DNA from: Carcharhinus longimanus | Taxonomy: Eukaryota | NCBI GenBank assembly: GCA_030264375.1 | Contig: JASCQW010000142.1 | Coordinates: forward strand, 43,660,096 to 43,724,095 | Direction of reading: 5' to 3' | DNA length: 64,000 nucleotides | Part shown: positions 36,255 to 50,519 of the stretch, piece by piece | Layout: each line of letters starts with the position of its first letter | Numbering within the stretch: the first letter of the stretch is position 1 | The notes under the pieces: model-generated | Databases searched by the model: none | What the model was told of the DNA's origin: nothing | What the model saw: only the letters and a program-made list of their open reading frames with translations | Program-made: the position numbers and the translations under genes

Positions 36255-37170
36255 AATAGTATTGTAGCCAAACTTGCAGATGACATAAAATAGGTGGAAA
36301 GATAAGCTGTAAGAAGGACACAGACAGTTTACAAAGAGATATTGATAGGCTAAGTATGTGGGAAAATAATTGCAAATGGACTATAATGTGGGAAAATGTG
36401 AAGTTGTTCATTTAGGAAATGGAGAACAGAAGAACCAAGCATTATTTAAATGGAGAAACGCTGCAACATAAAGGGACTTGGGAATCCTTGTGCATGAAAC
36501 ACAAAGCTAGCACACAAATGCAGCAGGAATCAGGAATGAAATCTTGGGCCTTATTTCAAGGAGGTTAGAGTACAAGAATAGGGAAGGCCTGTTGCAACTA
36601 TGCAAGGCACAGGTGAGACCACATCTGGAATTCTGACAGTTTTGGTCCCCTTAAAGAAAGATCATTTCATTGGAGACAGTTCGGAGAAGTCTCACTAGGA
36701 TGATCCCTGATATGGAGAAGTTGTCTTAAGAGGAAAGGTTAAACAGTTTGGGACTCGACTCATTGGAATTTAGAAGAATGGGAGGTAATGTAATTCAAAC
36801 ATATAAGATTCTTATGGGGCTTGACAGGGTAAATGCTAAGAGGATGTTTCTCCTCATAGGAGAGTCTACAACCAGAAGGCACAGTCTCAAAGTAAAGGGG
36901 CACCAATTTAAGAAAAGATGAGGAAGAAGTTCTTCTCTCAGGTCGTTGAGAGTCTTTAGAATTCCTTGCTGCAGAGAGCTGTGGGAGCAACGTTCTTGTG
37001 TATATTTAAGTCTGAGATAGTTTTTTTTCCCAGTAAGGGAATCAAGGGTTACAAGGAAAGAGCAAGAAGGTGGACATGAGGAATGCTGGATCAGCATGAT
37101 CCTATTAAATGGTGCAGCAGGCTCGAGGGGCCAAATGGCCTCCTCCTGTTCCTATTTCTTATATTCTTAT
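36255..37170 (+). mobile_element. CR1 LINE 3' portion
   Basis: gtagccaaacttgcagatgac (AK.ADD RT motif), ggtgagaccacatctgga, and the tail ggctcgaggggccaaatggcctcctcctgttcctatttcttatattcttatg. Confidence 0.88.
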
Positions 37171-40100
37171 GTTTGTGTTCTCTTGTACACCAGGAAATTC
37201 ACAAATACATTAGTTTCTGTAGTCTAGCTGTGTAATTTTCATCATTTCAAAAGTATAATAGTATTTAGTATTCAGAAAACAGCAGAGGGGAACAACAACA
37301 ATTCTACAACTCATGACCGTGTAGGAGTGAATTATTGAATTATAGAGTCAGATCTCAGGGGACAAGCTCAATTACTGGCCAAAATTGAGTATTTCAATTG
37401 CCTGGAGAACTAGCAAATTAGACTAACTGAGGCCACTTCTACTCGAGTAAGAACATTTCGCTATCAAAAAGCCCATCGAAACATGAACATACAAGCAGAA
37501 ACAGCTCACAAATGAACCTCTATACAACAGCCCCACAGAATGACTTTAATTGGTACTACAGAACTGAAAAGATGATACTGCTATAAATTTCACACCAGAG
37601 TGTGGCAGCATTTTCTTTGAAGTTTTTGAACTTCAAGTAACTGACTTCATCTATCTCCACCTATTTCCAAACTCAGGCTGCCCAAAATTCTGACTTTTAT
37701 CAACTATTGCTTTTCCAGTTGCAGATACATCAGGCTTGGCTGTGTCACATGATGGAACCATCTAATCACTCAGACATCTGATCCATAATATGAACACTGA
37801 GAACCAACAAATAAATCAGTGAAGTCTAGAGGTGATGTCAGAGTATTAAAAGAAGTTGAGTTCCATGGTGGTATTCCACAGTAGGATTTTTTGGCATGGA
37901 GCACAAGCCTTCCATAAATCACAATTTTCGACACAAACTTAGCCTTAATTCTCTATGCAAATAAGCCTAGTTATCCATCTATTTTATTGATAAAATCCCA
38001 GTTCACCAAATTCTCTGTAATTTCTGCCTATTTTTCAATGGTAATTTGCACTTGACCGCAGCCTCCTGCAGCTAAAAATTAAAAGCCTGCCTCAGTGCAG
38101 TTGACCACCCATGCATCAAACTCTCAATGGACTCTTCAGAGCACTGGTTCTCAATCCATGTCAAAAGGGCAACTGGAATCATGCCAAGATGAGCAGACTG
38201 TTTAAGTGTTAATTTCAATGTGATTCACATTTCCTTTAAGCCTGTTTTTAAATTTCTATTTCTCTCATCCTGCCTCAGTTGAAAAATCCAACACTTGCCA
38301 CGTTTATCGGCTGTAACTGGGGACATGGCCATGACCTCTGCTGATCCGTTCCTGTGTAAAGTGGATCTACAGCGGGACTGGATACACCGGAATATTAACA
38401 AATTACTGTCCCTTGCGCAGTCTCGCAACTGTGGAATCAGTCCATTCAGGTGAGTATGTCCCTGTTTCTCCTTCTTATGCCTTTTCTTTCTAACCCGTCC
38501 TGATTTTTCAATTTGATAAACATTTTTTCCCTGTAAATCAATTTTCTGGGAATACCATTAATTATTAATGTTGAAACATCAGTGTTATTCCTGTGTTCAT
38601 GAATTAGTCCTTTTAAAGGTTGTAAGTACATCCTGATAAGTACAGCAGTTGTTACATCTTTGGTAGCTACCTTCTCAATATGTTGTGTTTAGAGAACACA
38701 GCAGCATTGACCTACTCATATCTTATTAAAAGCTGCAAAAGTGCCTCTACCCTGCTCTTACAACTCTTGTCTTGCCACAGCTCTCACTAGGGGAACATAC
38801 CAAATTTGATGAGTCAAAATAAAGTCACAGTGATTAAAGGTTTGGGAAACATTCCTCAAGAGAGACAGTAATTCATACATTGCTCTTGTGCCAAGGGATT
38901 ACAATTGCTCATACAAAAAGCTGAAGGAATAAGAATCTATCGTCCACACAAATTGAAACAAGCCCAACATCATTCAGAACAATCATTGGAACTTGTTTTC
39001 TTTCAGGTTTTAATCAAATTTCATCCTTCCCCAACAAGCTGAACAGAATTAGTATCCACAGACTAACTTGCAGTTTCAGAAAAGGAGGTAGCCACCTCCA
39101 CAGTTTAAAAATTTATTTGATAAATACCTAGTCCCAAGTGAGGAGCATGACTAATTACAAGGAGGAAAATACATCTGGGGGAATAAAAAATACAATTGCT
39201 TTAAATTCAGTATGCATGATTATTTTTCCTCTAAAATCTGAGGACTAGCTCATTGATCTATAAAGATTGCATTGTGATGATTTGATGCCGCAAGTTCTCT
39301 TCAGGTCCGTATGAGGATTGAAAATATTTATGTTTGAATGCTAGTTTCCCACACTTGATGTCACTGACCATTATCGTTTGTGAATCTCTCATCCCATGAC
39401 CCAGAGTGTGCTTTAAGCCGACTTAACATTTATACAAACGATCATGTGATGAAATCTGGATCTCGAGAGAACCCTTACTCTGTGCACTGGTTGGTGAAAT
39501 TTATTACATCTGTCACGTCATTCTTCTCTCTTCAGAATGCAGACTAAGCCAGAATAAGACTCCAAAGGAACAGCTGGCTTATTTTGGCAAGTGAACTGTA
39601 TGGGATGAAAAACTGAAATACACTTTATTCTCTGGTATATAGGAAATAATAGATATGACTGACTGTCTTAATGGTTTTAAAAACAGATGTTTATTTGCTA
39701 CAACTTTAATGTGTCCCACTTTGAAAACTAAACTCTCCTGCTGCTGGCTGGAATGCTCAAGTTGTCTCTCCTCAGTGAAACAAGATCTCCTGACAAGAAT
39801 ACTTCAACCCTTAGTTTTGTGATTCAAAAAGGAATAGACAACTGTTTCTAATAACCATATCAGCCAAATATAAACAGTTGATTTCACTTATCAGCCCTGA
39901 ATGGGTTATATTGTTGATCATATCAAAACCTATAATTAAACAGGCTGCCTTGGCTTTTTAAACAATTAAGTTCTTGGTCATTCTGCTGTGCTTTTCTGAC
40001 AGATTGTGAAGGCAAATGCAGACAACTTTCTCTGCACTTCAGCCATAAAGATTTACAGCATAAAAACCTGTCCCACAATTTAAGATCTCCTCAAGCACTG

Positions 40101-40339
40101 ACTTTGTGCCGGTTTACTTACAAGATGCAATTGTTTCTGCATCAATCATTTCTGGTAGTAAAGCAGTCCTCCTCTCTCTCTGCAGAACAAATCTTCTTCC
40201 CATTCTCTTAATTTTGAATCAATGGCTATTCCTACTTGCATATTTAAGTCTTTCCTTATACAGCTGAACCAAATTACTCAATTTGAATAAAAATTATTAT
40301 AGCCTTCTATGCTTTAATGGCTAATAGCCTCGAGATCTC

Positions 40340-40850
40340 AAGTCCTTCAATAATTCAACGTTGACCAAACCAAAACTTCAATGATTCCTGGATATGGGAG
40401 TGGTGTCGGAGGAGTAGGACATTGCAAATGTTTCTTCCCTTTTTGGAACAGGTATGCAAGATAGACAAAGCAATTATAGGTCGGTCAGCATTGGGGAAAC
40501 TTGGAAAAGCGATTTTTGGGAGCAAGATTGTCACTTTGAAGTGCGTAGGCAAATAAATGATAGTTAACAGGGATTTGTTAAAGGTAAATCGTATCTGACT
40601 AACTTGGTTACGTGCTATGAAATTGCAAAGATTGATTAAGTGAATGCAGTTGATACTGCAATACAACAGAACAATTTAAAAACTGAAGCCCGTGAGATGG
40701 AGGTGACAGCACCAAATTGGAAATAAAATTGGCTGAGATACAGAGAGCAAAGAGTAGTGATCAATGGCAGTTTTTTGTACCAGAGGAACGTATTCAGCAT
40801 GTTTTCTTGGGGTCAGAGTTAGAATCACCGCACTTTTCAACAGTATAAAA
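40340..40850 (+). mobile_element. Degenerate CR1 RT fragment
   Basis: ggatttgttaaaggtaaatcgtatctgactaactt (GFVKGKS.LTNL) and cagagagcaaagagtagtgatcaatggc. Confidence 0.6.
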
Positions 40851-40999
40851 TAGTGTAGCCCAGAGCCATTGCTGATCATCTGTATTTTCATGTGTCTGTC
40901 AATCAACCTCCTATGCATACTGCTTTTACATTCCTGACAAACCTCGAGAAAAAGCTTATGAAATATATAATTAAGTTCCTGCATACCACATAGATCAAA

Positions 41000-41340
41000 G
41001 AACAAAGAAAATTACAGCACAGGAACAGGCCCTTCGGCCCTCCAAGCCTGCACCGACCATGCTGCCGATTGAACTAAAAGCCCTACTCTTCCAGGGATCA
41101 TATCCCTCTATTCCCAATCCATTCACGATTTGTGCAGACGCCCCTTAAAAGTCACGATTGCATCTGCTTCCACAATCTCCTCCAGTAGCAGAAACAACCA
41201 CTGAGCAAAAAACTTGCCTCGTGCATCTCCTTTAAACCTTACCCCTTGCACATTAAACCTATGCCCATTAGTAATCAACTCTTCCACCTCAGAGAATAAC
41301 TTCTGACTATCCACTTGGTCCATGCTTCTCATCTTCACAT
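41000..41340 (-). mobile_element. CR1 LINE 3' end
   Basis: aaagaacaaagaaaattacagcacaggaacaggcccttcggccc tail; ORF DQVDSQKLF...GHRFNV.G.RFKGD.RGKFF.Q. Confidence 0.85.
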
Positions 41341-42119
41341 CTCCTTTAAAAATCCAGTCACTTCTCTAAAAAAAAATTAAATTTGTCACAAGATTGGCCT
41401 TTAGTAAATCTGTGCTGGCTGCCCTTGATTAACACACATGTTATCTCAAAGGACTTAATATTCCTTTTTATATTATTTGCTGTGGTCTTTATTCATACTT
41501 TTTCTTCAGCCCTTTTCACCTTTCCATTAAAGGTAGCATAATAATTTTCTTATTATTAGTCCTAATATCAGTTTTGTTATTATCTCTAATGCAGAGTTGT
41601 GACTCTTTGAAATTACTTATCCCAGTGGATTGTGGACATGTCATCATTGACTATATCAAAAGATGGGATAGATAAATTTTTGATCTTTCAAGGAATGAAG
41701 CAATATGGAAAGGTGGGAAGGTGGAGTTAAGGAAGATCAGCCATGAGGGCCCATTAAGGTCTACTCCTGCTTTTACTTTTGCTTATAGCTGTCTTTTGCT
41801 CTATTATGTAAATATTAATACTGTGTCAATCTTTATCCATTTTAAATTTTCATGCTCACATTTAGAACATAATATACTATAATTGCACGCCCTTACTACT
41901 GGAAAGGCCAGTGATAGGGTGTAACTTAAGTAAGACAAGTTTGCAGGTGTAGTTTTCATTTCACATGTGGAAGTGCAAACTTATGATGGTAATATGTATA
42001 TAATTAAAAAAGACAAAATTTATAGTTTAAGAGGCCCTGGTCCAATTTAGTGCCCATTTTTGTTCAATAGTACTTCTGAGGCACCTTAGGATATTTTCTT
42101 GCATTTAAGATGGTAAATT

Positions 42120-42420
42120 AACACACAAGAGATAGAAGCAGGAGCAAACCATACAGCCTGTTGAGTGCTTCCGCCATTCAACATGATCATGGTTAATCTG
42201 GGATTTCTCCCATCCATTCCTCTTGGCTCCTGGAAAACCCAAAAATCTATGTATCCCAGTCTTAAATGTATTCAGATGTAACATCCACAACTCTCTGGAG
42301 TAGAGAATTCCAAAGATATACAACGCTTCGAGGGATTCAATTTCAGCCTCTTGCCTGAAACTGCACCACGTTTTAGATTTCCAACCAGTGGATACAATCT
42401 ATCAAGCTCCTTCAAACTCA
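42120..42420 (-). mobile_element. CR1 LINE 3' end (degenerate)
   Basis: agaagcaggagcaaaccatacagcctgttgagtgcttccgccattcaacatgatcatgg tail and downstream ORF2 C-terminal remnants. Confidence 0.65.
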
Positions 42421-42579
42421 TGCATTTTTTTCAAACTGATGCAAGTGCAAAAAAAAGCTCTTTTTTAAAAATGGATTTACATTGCTTTCCTAACTGCCAA
42501 ACCTTTAGTATCTGCAGAAAACTTAGGATATGCCCCTGACACAAAATAATTTTGAAGAGAGTGGAAAAGTAAGGCGATT

Positions 42580-42672
42580 GGCTTTTGCTACCAAATAAAC
42601 CTGTTGGACTTTCACCTGGTGTTGCGAGACTTCTTACTGTGCTTACCCCAGTCCAACATCAGCATCACCACA
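42580..42672 (+). mobile_element. Terminal fragment of Penelope family A
   Basis: ttttgctaccaaataaacctgttggactttcacctggtgttgcgagacttcttactgtgcttaccccagtccaac is the reverse complement of the 340/52741 terminus. Confidence 0.8.
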
Positions 42673-43103
42673 ATATAAGACAAGACAGACCTGCATCCGT
42701 AGCCTTCAGGATCAAACCTGATGCTATCAGCACCATCAAACATTGTGCGTTTATGCATGCACTCTGCTGATAGAGAGGGTGCAATTGGAGTCTGTGTGGC
42801 ATATGGTTTACTGTGGACAATCCTGACTTGCCCTGTATTCCCATATTCCTAATCTACCTCAATTTGTCAGCATAGGCACTGTGGTTTTGTCTATGTACGT
42901 GGATACATAGGCAAATGTTTTCACCAACATTAGTATAACAGAGGTGGTTCAACAACTTCAGAACAATAAATTTTGTTAGCTAAGATAGGCATCTTTTCAT
43001 TTGTCTGCGATTCTGTATGATGAACTTCAATAAGTTGGTGTATTTGATGTTTTTACATCAACATTTAACCTTTCAAAATGTCATTCTCTAGACTGATAAT
43101 TAC

Positions 43104-43258
43104 CTGTGTTCTGTATCCTCCATGTTTTGGTGAACTGGGTGTCAGGTGGAACAGACTCCCCCTCTCCTATTGTAACATCTTCTACAAATGACATAGAAGG
43201 TGCATTTATATTTGGGCTTTCAAAGTCATAGTAAGCACCAATGGCAGCCTGCAAATTC
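43104..43258 (-). CDS. ILRUN: ILRUN/C6orf106 coding exon 2 (end of UBA-like domain, start of NBR1-like FW domain)
   Basis: Translates (W)NLQAAIGAYYDFESPNINAPSMSFVEDVTIGEGESVPPDTQFTKTWRIQNT(G), recognised as ILRUN. Acceptor tttgtttttcag|G, donor ACAG|gtaatt; 155 nt. Confidence 0.96.
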
Positions 43259-43519
43259 CTGAAAAACAAAATAAAAAGTTTCTCAATCAATTATCTGAAA
43301 TCGACAAACATTTAATTTTTTTGAGATAACATACTGGAAGACCTGCATATAAATCCCCAGAAAACTGAATTCAATAAGTATCACTGGGGGAAAAAAGTCT
43401 GCCCGCACAACAAGGGCACAAACTTGATTTTACTTGGAACACAGAGCAAATAGCAAACACACAACAAACAAAGCACAACACCCAAAAAACAATAAACATT
43501 CATATATATACATATATAT

Positions 43520-43940
43520 TGCATTTAACATAGAAAATGCCCCATGATGTTTCAATGAGGTGTGAGCCTTTATGAGTGGGTTAGGATAGGTGACTGAAAT
43601 TTGGTCAAAGAGATGCATTTTAATTAGGCTTTTACTGAGGATGGATACTGGGACACCAACAAGGAGAAAGTTACAGAAGTTGAATCTAGAGATGATAAAG
43701 GGGTGCATAAGGGTTTTGTCAGAGTGAAGGTAAGACAGGAGTAGGAGTGGAAAGACAGGGGCAAAGGTGGAAGCAAACAGTCTTTGTAGTGGATATGAGG
43801 TTTAAAGCTCAACTATGGGTTTACCTGGATGCCATGGATGCGAGTAGTCTGGTTCAACATGAACAACCAACCAGGGAAGGAGATGGATTCAATGGCTTCG
43901 AACATCCTGATTTTCAATTGTAGGAAATCCTGGCTCATCC
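43520..43940 (-). mobile_element. L2-clade LINE 3' fragment
   Basis: ORF HPFIISRFNFCNFLLVGVP resembles the L2 C-terminal HAFV.SRLDYCN.LL.GLP motif. Confidence 0.6.
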
Positions 43941-43944
43941 ACAA

Positions 43945-44760
43945 CATAAGAAGATAGGATCAGGAGTCGCCCATTCAGCTCCTCAAGCCTGTTTTACTAT
44001 TCAATTCAATCACTGATGATCTATACCTCAATTACGTTTATCTTTGATCCATATTCCCTGATATATTTACCTAAATTTCTGAACTCAAGGGAATATGAGC
44101 CAAGCTGTCCTCTTAGTTTGAGCCTTTATGCTCAGATACATACTGCTGAATGTGCATCATACCCTCTGCCAGGCTAATACAACCTTCCAGAAGCGTGGCA
44201 TGCAAAAACTGAACACAGGACTCCAGTCAGCATTTAACCAGGTTCTGTCCTCTGTCGAAAGCATAATTTCTTCCCCTTTGTTTCCATCTCCCCAAACCAC
44301 ACTACCCCCCCATCCCACCCCACCAAGCCCCCATGGTCCACATCTCCCATCTAGCATAAAAGCTAAAATTCCATCACCCATGTTAACTACTTTTTGCACT
44401 TGTACATAGTATTTTAGCATGCATATGTGGACACCCAAAACCCTTTATTCTTCAAGTTATTATTTGTCATTCTTGAATTCCAAGTGGATAATGCTCATTT
44501 TCCCACATTTAACTCCATCTGCTACAACTTTGAGTATTTGCTTAAGTTTGTTAATTGATCCTTTGAATTTCCTGCACCCCATCTACACAACTTACTCCAG
44601 CTCCTAATCTTGGTTTACCTGGAAACAGAGAAATGCAACTCTATTCCTGTATCCGAGACAGCCACATAGATGGTGAAACCCTGAGACCTAAATGCAGATC
44701 CCTAGAGAATACCACATGATATATCCTGCCAAATTTCTCAACTCTGTCTTCTTACCAATT
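43945..44760 (-). mobile_element. Degenerate CR1 LINE 3' portion
   Basis: aacataagaagataggatcaggagtcgcccattcagctcctcaagcctg tail; minus strand gactggagtcctgtgttcagttttt resembles the CR1 LEYCVQFW region. Confidence 0.6.
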
Positions 44761-46814
44761 TGCAAGAAAGTCGTATGCCAGCATAAGCATACATGGTTAT
44801 GGGGTCAAATGAAGGGATGGACGATTACAATAAAGTGCCTTTAGCAAATGGATGGGAGCTTACCCTGTGAAAACAGGTGTAAGGAGGACAGTATACATGT
44901 TAGAGAGCGATAGAATACAGAGGAGAAAAGGAAGGAAGCTTAGGATGGATCTTGGAGAGCTTGGAATGGGACCATGCAGAAATGGGAAGGGTGCTAACTA
45001 TATTGAGATTAGGAGGAGTAGAATGATGCAAGAACGATCTCCCTGAGGTGTATCAAAGAACAGAAGCAGCAAAACTGAAGTGTTCAACATGTCCAATCAA
45101 ACATATTGAAGCAAGATGTCAGCTGGATTCCCAAATATAACCATGCTTTCAGAAAGCCACCGAGTGGAATTTTGCCATTAGGAGACTTGTGACACTAAGA
45201 AATAAACTTAAAATATCGAAGTGAGTCATGTTCATTATTCTGTAAATTATTTTAGATCATATAGAAGCATGGAGAAAGACTGAACAGGACAGAAAAAGCA
45301 ATGTACTGGATGTTATTCTTTCAGCTTTTCTCTTCAAGCCAATATTTCTCCCAGTGTTCATCCACAAGTTTATTCCTTCCAGATGGCAACAGACACAAAT
45401 TATTGTTCAATCTTGTATCCAAAAGGCCATAACATCAGGTAGTTATACCATCATAACCACAACTGATCCTGTCCTCATCAGTTTAGTATATATTACTGAA
45501 TAATCACCTGAAGCAAAAATCTTCAATCTGTCTCCCACCTTAAATCAGGATGTGGAAGCTAACTTGATAGTCTCTACCCTGAACCCATTCCACTGCTGGG
45601 ATCAGGAAACAGAGCTCAGAGCAGATATCAAATCACAAACCATTTGGATTTATTAAGGTTCAAGTAGTGAATAGACATGGTACATCAACGGAGAGCTGTG
45701 AATCATTATTTTGGCACAAACAAATCTCAAACTAAACATTTACACTGTTAATTGTGTTTTAAATTACATCAGTAAAGATAACAACTGCAGAATAGCAGCA
45801 AAGTCACAACCTCAATGGACAAATAAATTGATCAATTGTGGAACTGCTTAAGATGTCAGTACTAAAAATTTTCTAACTGGTATTAATCAAATTAATTGCA
45901 ACCCATCATAAAAATCAATTATACAATGAACATCCTACTGTACCCACCTATCAAAAGGTCTTGCCCATACCACTGAACATAACAGAAAACTGGAAAAGAA
46001 AGTCAGTCAGCCAGAGCAACTCCCCTTTTGGTATTGCATTCATCTTGGACCAGAATCAGGAGCAAATCCATGAGCAAGTCCTCTGACCTGCCTGCCTCCT
46101 CTGCAATAGGTGCCCCATGATGCGAAATGTGAGACTGAGGTTAAAACAAATTGAGTAATAGCCATTTAATTAAAAGTTATAGGGGCAGAAAATTCTCGAC
46201 TCAAGAAACATGGTTTCCTCCAAGCTACAGAAATTGTGTGTGGCTGGGGCGTTTGTGAGTGGCTCACAACCATGTTGAACAGCACTGCTCCATGCAATAG
46301 TCTCCACCAAAGATATCAATGGCAGAAGCATCCCTGCAGAATCAGCCTTTCATTGGTGGCCTCGCCTCTGCCAGGCAGCAAGATGGAAGGAACATCGGAA
46401 CATGTCTGGGAAGATACAAGTATGGAAATGGAAAAGGAAAAGTGCAATAGTACAGAAAACCATTCCATGCAAGGTGAACTGCCACTTTGTATGTTACAAA
46501 TATTCAAGTTTGAAGTGAGCAAATATTTTCTGAAAGCCAAGACCATCCTAATTCTTTCTAGAATTTGTGCCAACTGTTGAAAAATCCCATTTTTTAAAGA
46601 CATTTAAGGTCCAAACAAGTGTGGCAATACAATTGTCAGACAATGAGCTTGAAAGCAGAGTGAAAGGAAAAGTATTGCCCATAACCTCAGATTCCTTAAC
46701 AGCAACATAACCTATTAGTTTATCCTTGAAAAATTAGACTGTGATATTTTCCTTTTCTTTGATTGCATTTCTACTGACTTTTGGAACAAAAGATAACAGG
46801 ATTGTCAAACAATA

Positions 46815-49170
46815 GGACCATAGAAATGTTAATGGCATAGAAAGAGACCACTCAGCCCATTGTGTCTGCACCAGCCAAATGGAGAGAGAAAAGAAACTAG
46901 CCACTCACATTGCAGAACCTGGTCTGCAGCCTTGCAGCACTCCAGATACAGGTCAGGTATCTTTTAAATGAGTTGAACATTTCAGCCTCAACCACAATTC
47001 AGACATTGAATTCCAGATACCACAACTCTCAGGGTGCAAAGGTTTTCCCTCAGGTCCCCTCTAATCCTCTACCGACCACCTTAAATCGATGTCTCTAGTA
47101 ATTGATCCCTCATCTTAGGGAACAGATCTCTCCTGTTAACCTTCAATTTTGTATACCTTAATAAGGTTACCTCTCAACCTCCTCTATTCAAAGAGAAACA
47201 ACCCTAGCCTATCCAATCTTTGCTCATAGCTGCAATTTTCAAGCCCTGCTAACTTTCTTGTAAATCTCCTCTGCACTCTCTCCAGAACAATTACGTCCTC
47301 CTAGTGATTTAAACTGTATACACAATTCCAACTGATCAGCATTTTACACAGCTCCATCATTAAATCCCTGCTTCAGTCTTCAATACCTTGCCCAACAGAA
47401 GAAAGCTTTCCATGTGTTTTCTTGATCTCCTTGTCCAGCTGTCCTGCCACATTTAGGGATCTGTTGATATGCACTTCAAAGTGTCTCACTTCCTCTCACG
47501 AACTTCCCATTCACTCAGTATTTCCTTGCTTTGTTTGCCATCCCCAAATGCATTACCTCACACTTCCCTGGATTGAATTCCATTTGCCACTTTTCCATCC
47601 ACTCAACCAAACCACTGATGTCATTCTGGAGACAACAGCTTTCCTCTTCACTAACTACACAGCCAATTTTTGTGCCATCTGCAAATTTCCCAATCATGCC
47701 CCCCACATTGAAGTGCAAATCATTGATAAATATAAATAGCAAGGACCCCAACACAGAGAAATGTGGAATGCCATTAGAAATCACTTTCCATTCACGAAAA
47801 CATCCATCCAACATTACTCTTTGTTTTCTGTCGCTGAACCAATATTGGATCCAACTTGCCACCTACCACTATGAAATTTCACTTTTCTGACTGGTCTGCC
47901 ATGTGGAACCTCATCACATGCCTTACTAAAATCCATGTGAACAACATGTGCTGCACTACCCCCATCAACATTCATTTGCTTTCTCAAAACATTTGATTAA
48001 GTTAGCAAGACACAATCCTCCCCGAAGAAAATCATGACGACTAGTCCAGATCACACTGTGCCTAAGTGACAGTTTACCCTGTTTCTCCAAATTGATTCCA
48101 ATAATTTTCCCACGAGCAAAGTCAGACTGACCAGCCTACAATTTTTCTGGCCTATCCTTTACACCTTTTTAAAATAATGGTACAAAATTTGGAGACCTCA
48201 AATTCTTTGATATTTTGCCTGTATCCAGTGAGGATTGGAAAATGATCCTCTGAGCACCCACTGTATTTCCTACCTGACTTCTTTTAATAGCCTGGGATTC
48301 ATCAATTTGGCTATGATTTATCCATCTTCAAGGACATCAGTCCCTCCAGTATTACTACTCTTGTTATGCCTATTGTGCCTAATATTTCACCCTCCTCTTT
48401 AACTAGACTGTCTGCATCACCCCTCTCCTTCATGAAGACAAAGTACTCACTGAGAACTCTGCCCACATCTTCTGCAAAGCATAAGTCACCACGTGCATCT
48501 CTGACAGGCCCTATTCTCAAGCTCTTTATGAAGTGGTGAAATTTGGTTTTCTTTCATTTTACATGCCAGTATTTTCTCATATCCTCTCTTTGCTTTCCGA
48601 ATTTTACTTCATTACTGTACTTTCTCTACTTCAAAGCTTTTTACAATATAAAGCTTTTGATTGTCAATCTTTTTTTCCGCAAAATCTTTCCCTTTACGCC
48701 TCTGGAAAGCCTGGGGCCCTAGATTTGGCAATACCATTATTTTTCTTTGTGGGGACTTGACTAAACAGAATCTCATTGTTAAATGCCTACCACTGATTTG
48801 ACACACTTTTCTGTTCTAGTAACTATATCCAGTCCACTTTCATGAGTTCAGCTTGGTAAAATTTGTCTTCCCCCAAATTGCAGCCTTCGCTCCTTTTCTA
48901 TTTTTGTCCTTTTCTCATAATGATGCTAAATCTAACTATATTATGGTCACTGCCTCCAAAGTGGTTGCAAATCCATTTCTACTTCTACAAATTGCCCAGC
49001 TTAATTTTTTAAGATTAAATCTAGAATTGCGCCCCCTCTCACTGGGCTTGTTAAAAGGTAGCTAAAAAGTTCTCTTCAATGCAGTTCAAGAATTTTGTGC
49101 CCTCTGTGCTCTTCACACTGTTCATATCCCAGTTGATATTACAGTACTTCAAGTCTCCAACTATTTCTGC
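46815..49170 (-). mobile_element. CR1 LINE, long degenerate ORF2 (endonuclease remnant, RT, 3' end)
   Basis: ORF 47515-47862 encodes WIQYWFSDRKQRVMLDG...SVLGSLLF.IFINDL...IGKFADGTKIG...WQMEFNPGKCEVMHLG; upstream minus strand has gtaatatgagggagacttgaagtac-like endonuclease remnant near 49145-49165. Confidence 0.88.
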
Positions 49171-50519
49171 CCGAATATTGGAGACTACAGACGACAATTT
49201 TCCCCCCTTCAGGGTCAGCTCAAAAGGAAATATTTATCTTCCTTGTAGCATCTTAACAACATTTTGACATCAAAACTGATCTCTAGATTTAACAAAATAA
49301 AGCTCCCAAATAAAAGTGAGTATTTTCTATTGCTGGTCTAAAAGTCAATTAAGAAAACAAGTCACCATCTCTCAGATCAGTTGGAAGATGATACAACAGT
49401 GAGCTTGTCAGTTAGTGCACTAGGCCTGATCTGAGAAAGCAAGTTTGAGTTGCTGATAGCCTAAAAGCTTCCATCTGCTCAATGCACCTGTATTTAAACT
49501 GGCAGGGCTGTTGTTATAGCAGCACCAGTGTGCCACATTGTGATTAAACATTTTTAATTAGAAAAGCAAAAACAAATGATATATTTTTAGTATGCATGAG
49601 AAGTAAATTTCAGTTAACTCAAGCTTGAGATGGAATTCAATATATGACACTCGAAAAATTAGTTAATTTTGTTAAGGGTTTGCAAATTCTAACATTAGCC
49701 GTAATGTCATAACTTTAAGAACATTGTTCCTCTCTACATATTAACTACCCTGATATGGATGCAGGATACTTTGGGTTTGAGTTATTATTCCATTTGGTTT
49801 CTTAAAATATATACATCACCATTAGCAAATCTTCTACTAGTGATCTTTCGTATCTATTGAAATTGTGCAGCTTGTCATTTTGACGACTCTCTTTTTATCT
49901 CTACCCAGAAAACCCCACAACTAATCCCATTCTGTTTAGATGGACCAGTTCCAAGGGACTGCTGAAGCATGCAGTGGAACTTAACCTGTTAAAACTGCAC
50001 AGCTTATCAGCAGCAAATATTGCAAACACTTCTTGTTGATAGCTAGTGTATTTTTGGGAGGATTCGAGGACAGTAGTGAATTCATACAACAGCCAAAATT
50101 TCCATGAATTCACTTCACCAGCAAGGCGTCCATGAGGTCCTACTATAATGAGGGTCCATTTTCTTCAAGACTTTAAAATAGCATTTTCCATTACCAGACA
50201 GATGCAAAGTTCTAACACTCGTAAATAAGCATGAGAATTCTCCAGTTTAAAAACTTCTGCAGCTCAAACCTTTTAAATTACCTTACAAATTAAACCACAT
50301 CAAGACACATTTTCAGGAGCTAGAATGGATGAACCTGAATTGATGCATCTTATTTTGTGCCTGCTCATATTTCTTTCAGTGCCACACAGAGCTCACGGAC
50401 CATCAGCAATATTCCACCAGCCATCCTCCTTTAATGTTATTGCACAAATTAAGTGTCTATCCCTTAATGTACAGGACTTGGTATAAATGTGTATGTTCGA
50501 TACTGCTGCCATGCTGCCA

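Noticed and set aside
35274-36293. Pro-rich and Gly-rich ORFs of 167-235 aa
   Set aside because: They arise from stop-poor C-rich low-complexity DNA plus a SINE and a gap; there is no splice or homology support.
39440-40150. Possible solo LTR in intron 2
   Set aside because: Only a general resemblance; I could not define termini or a target-site duplication.
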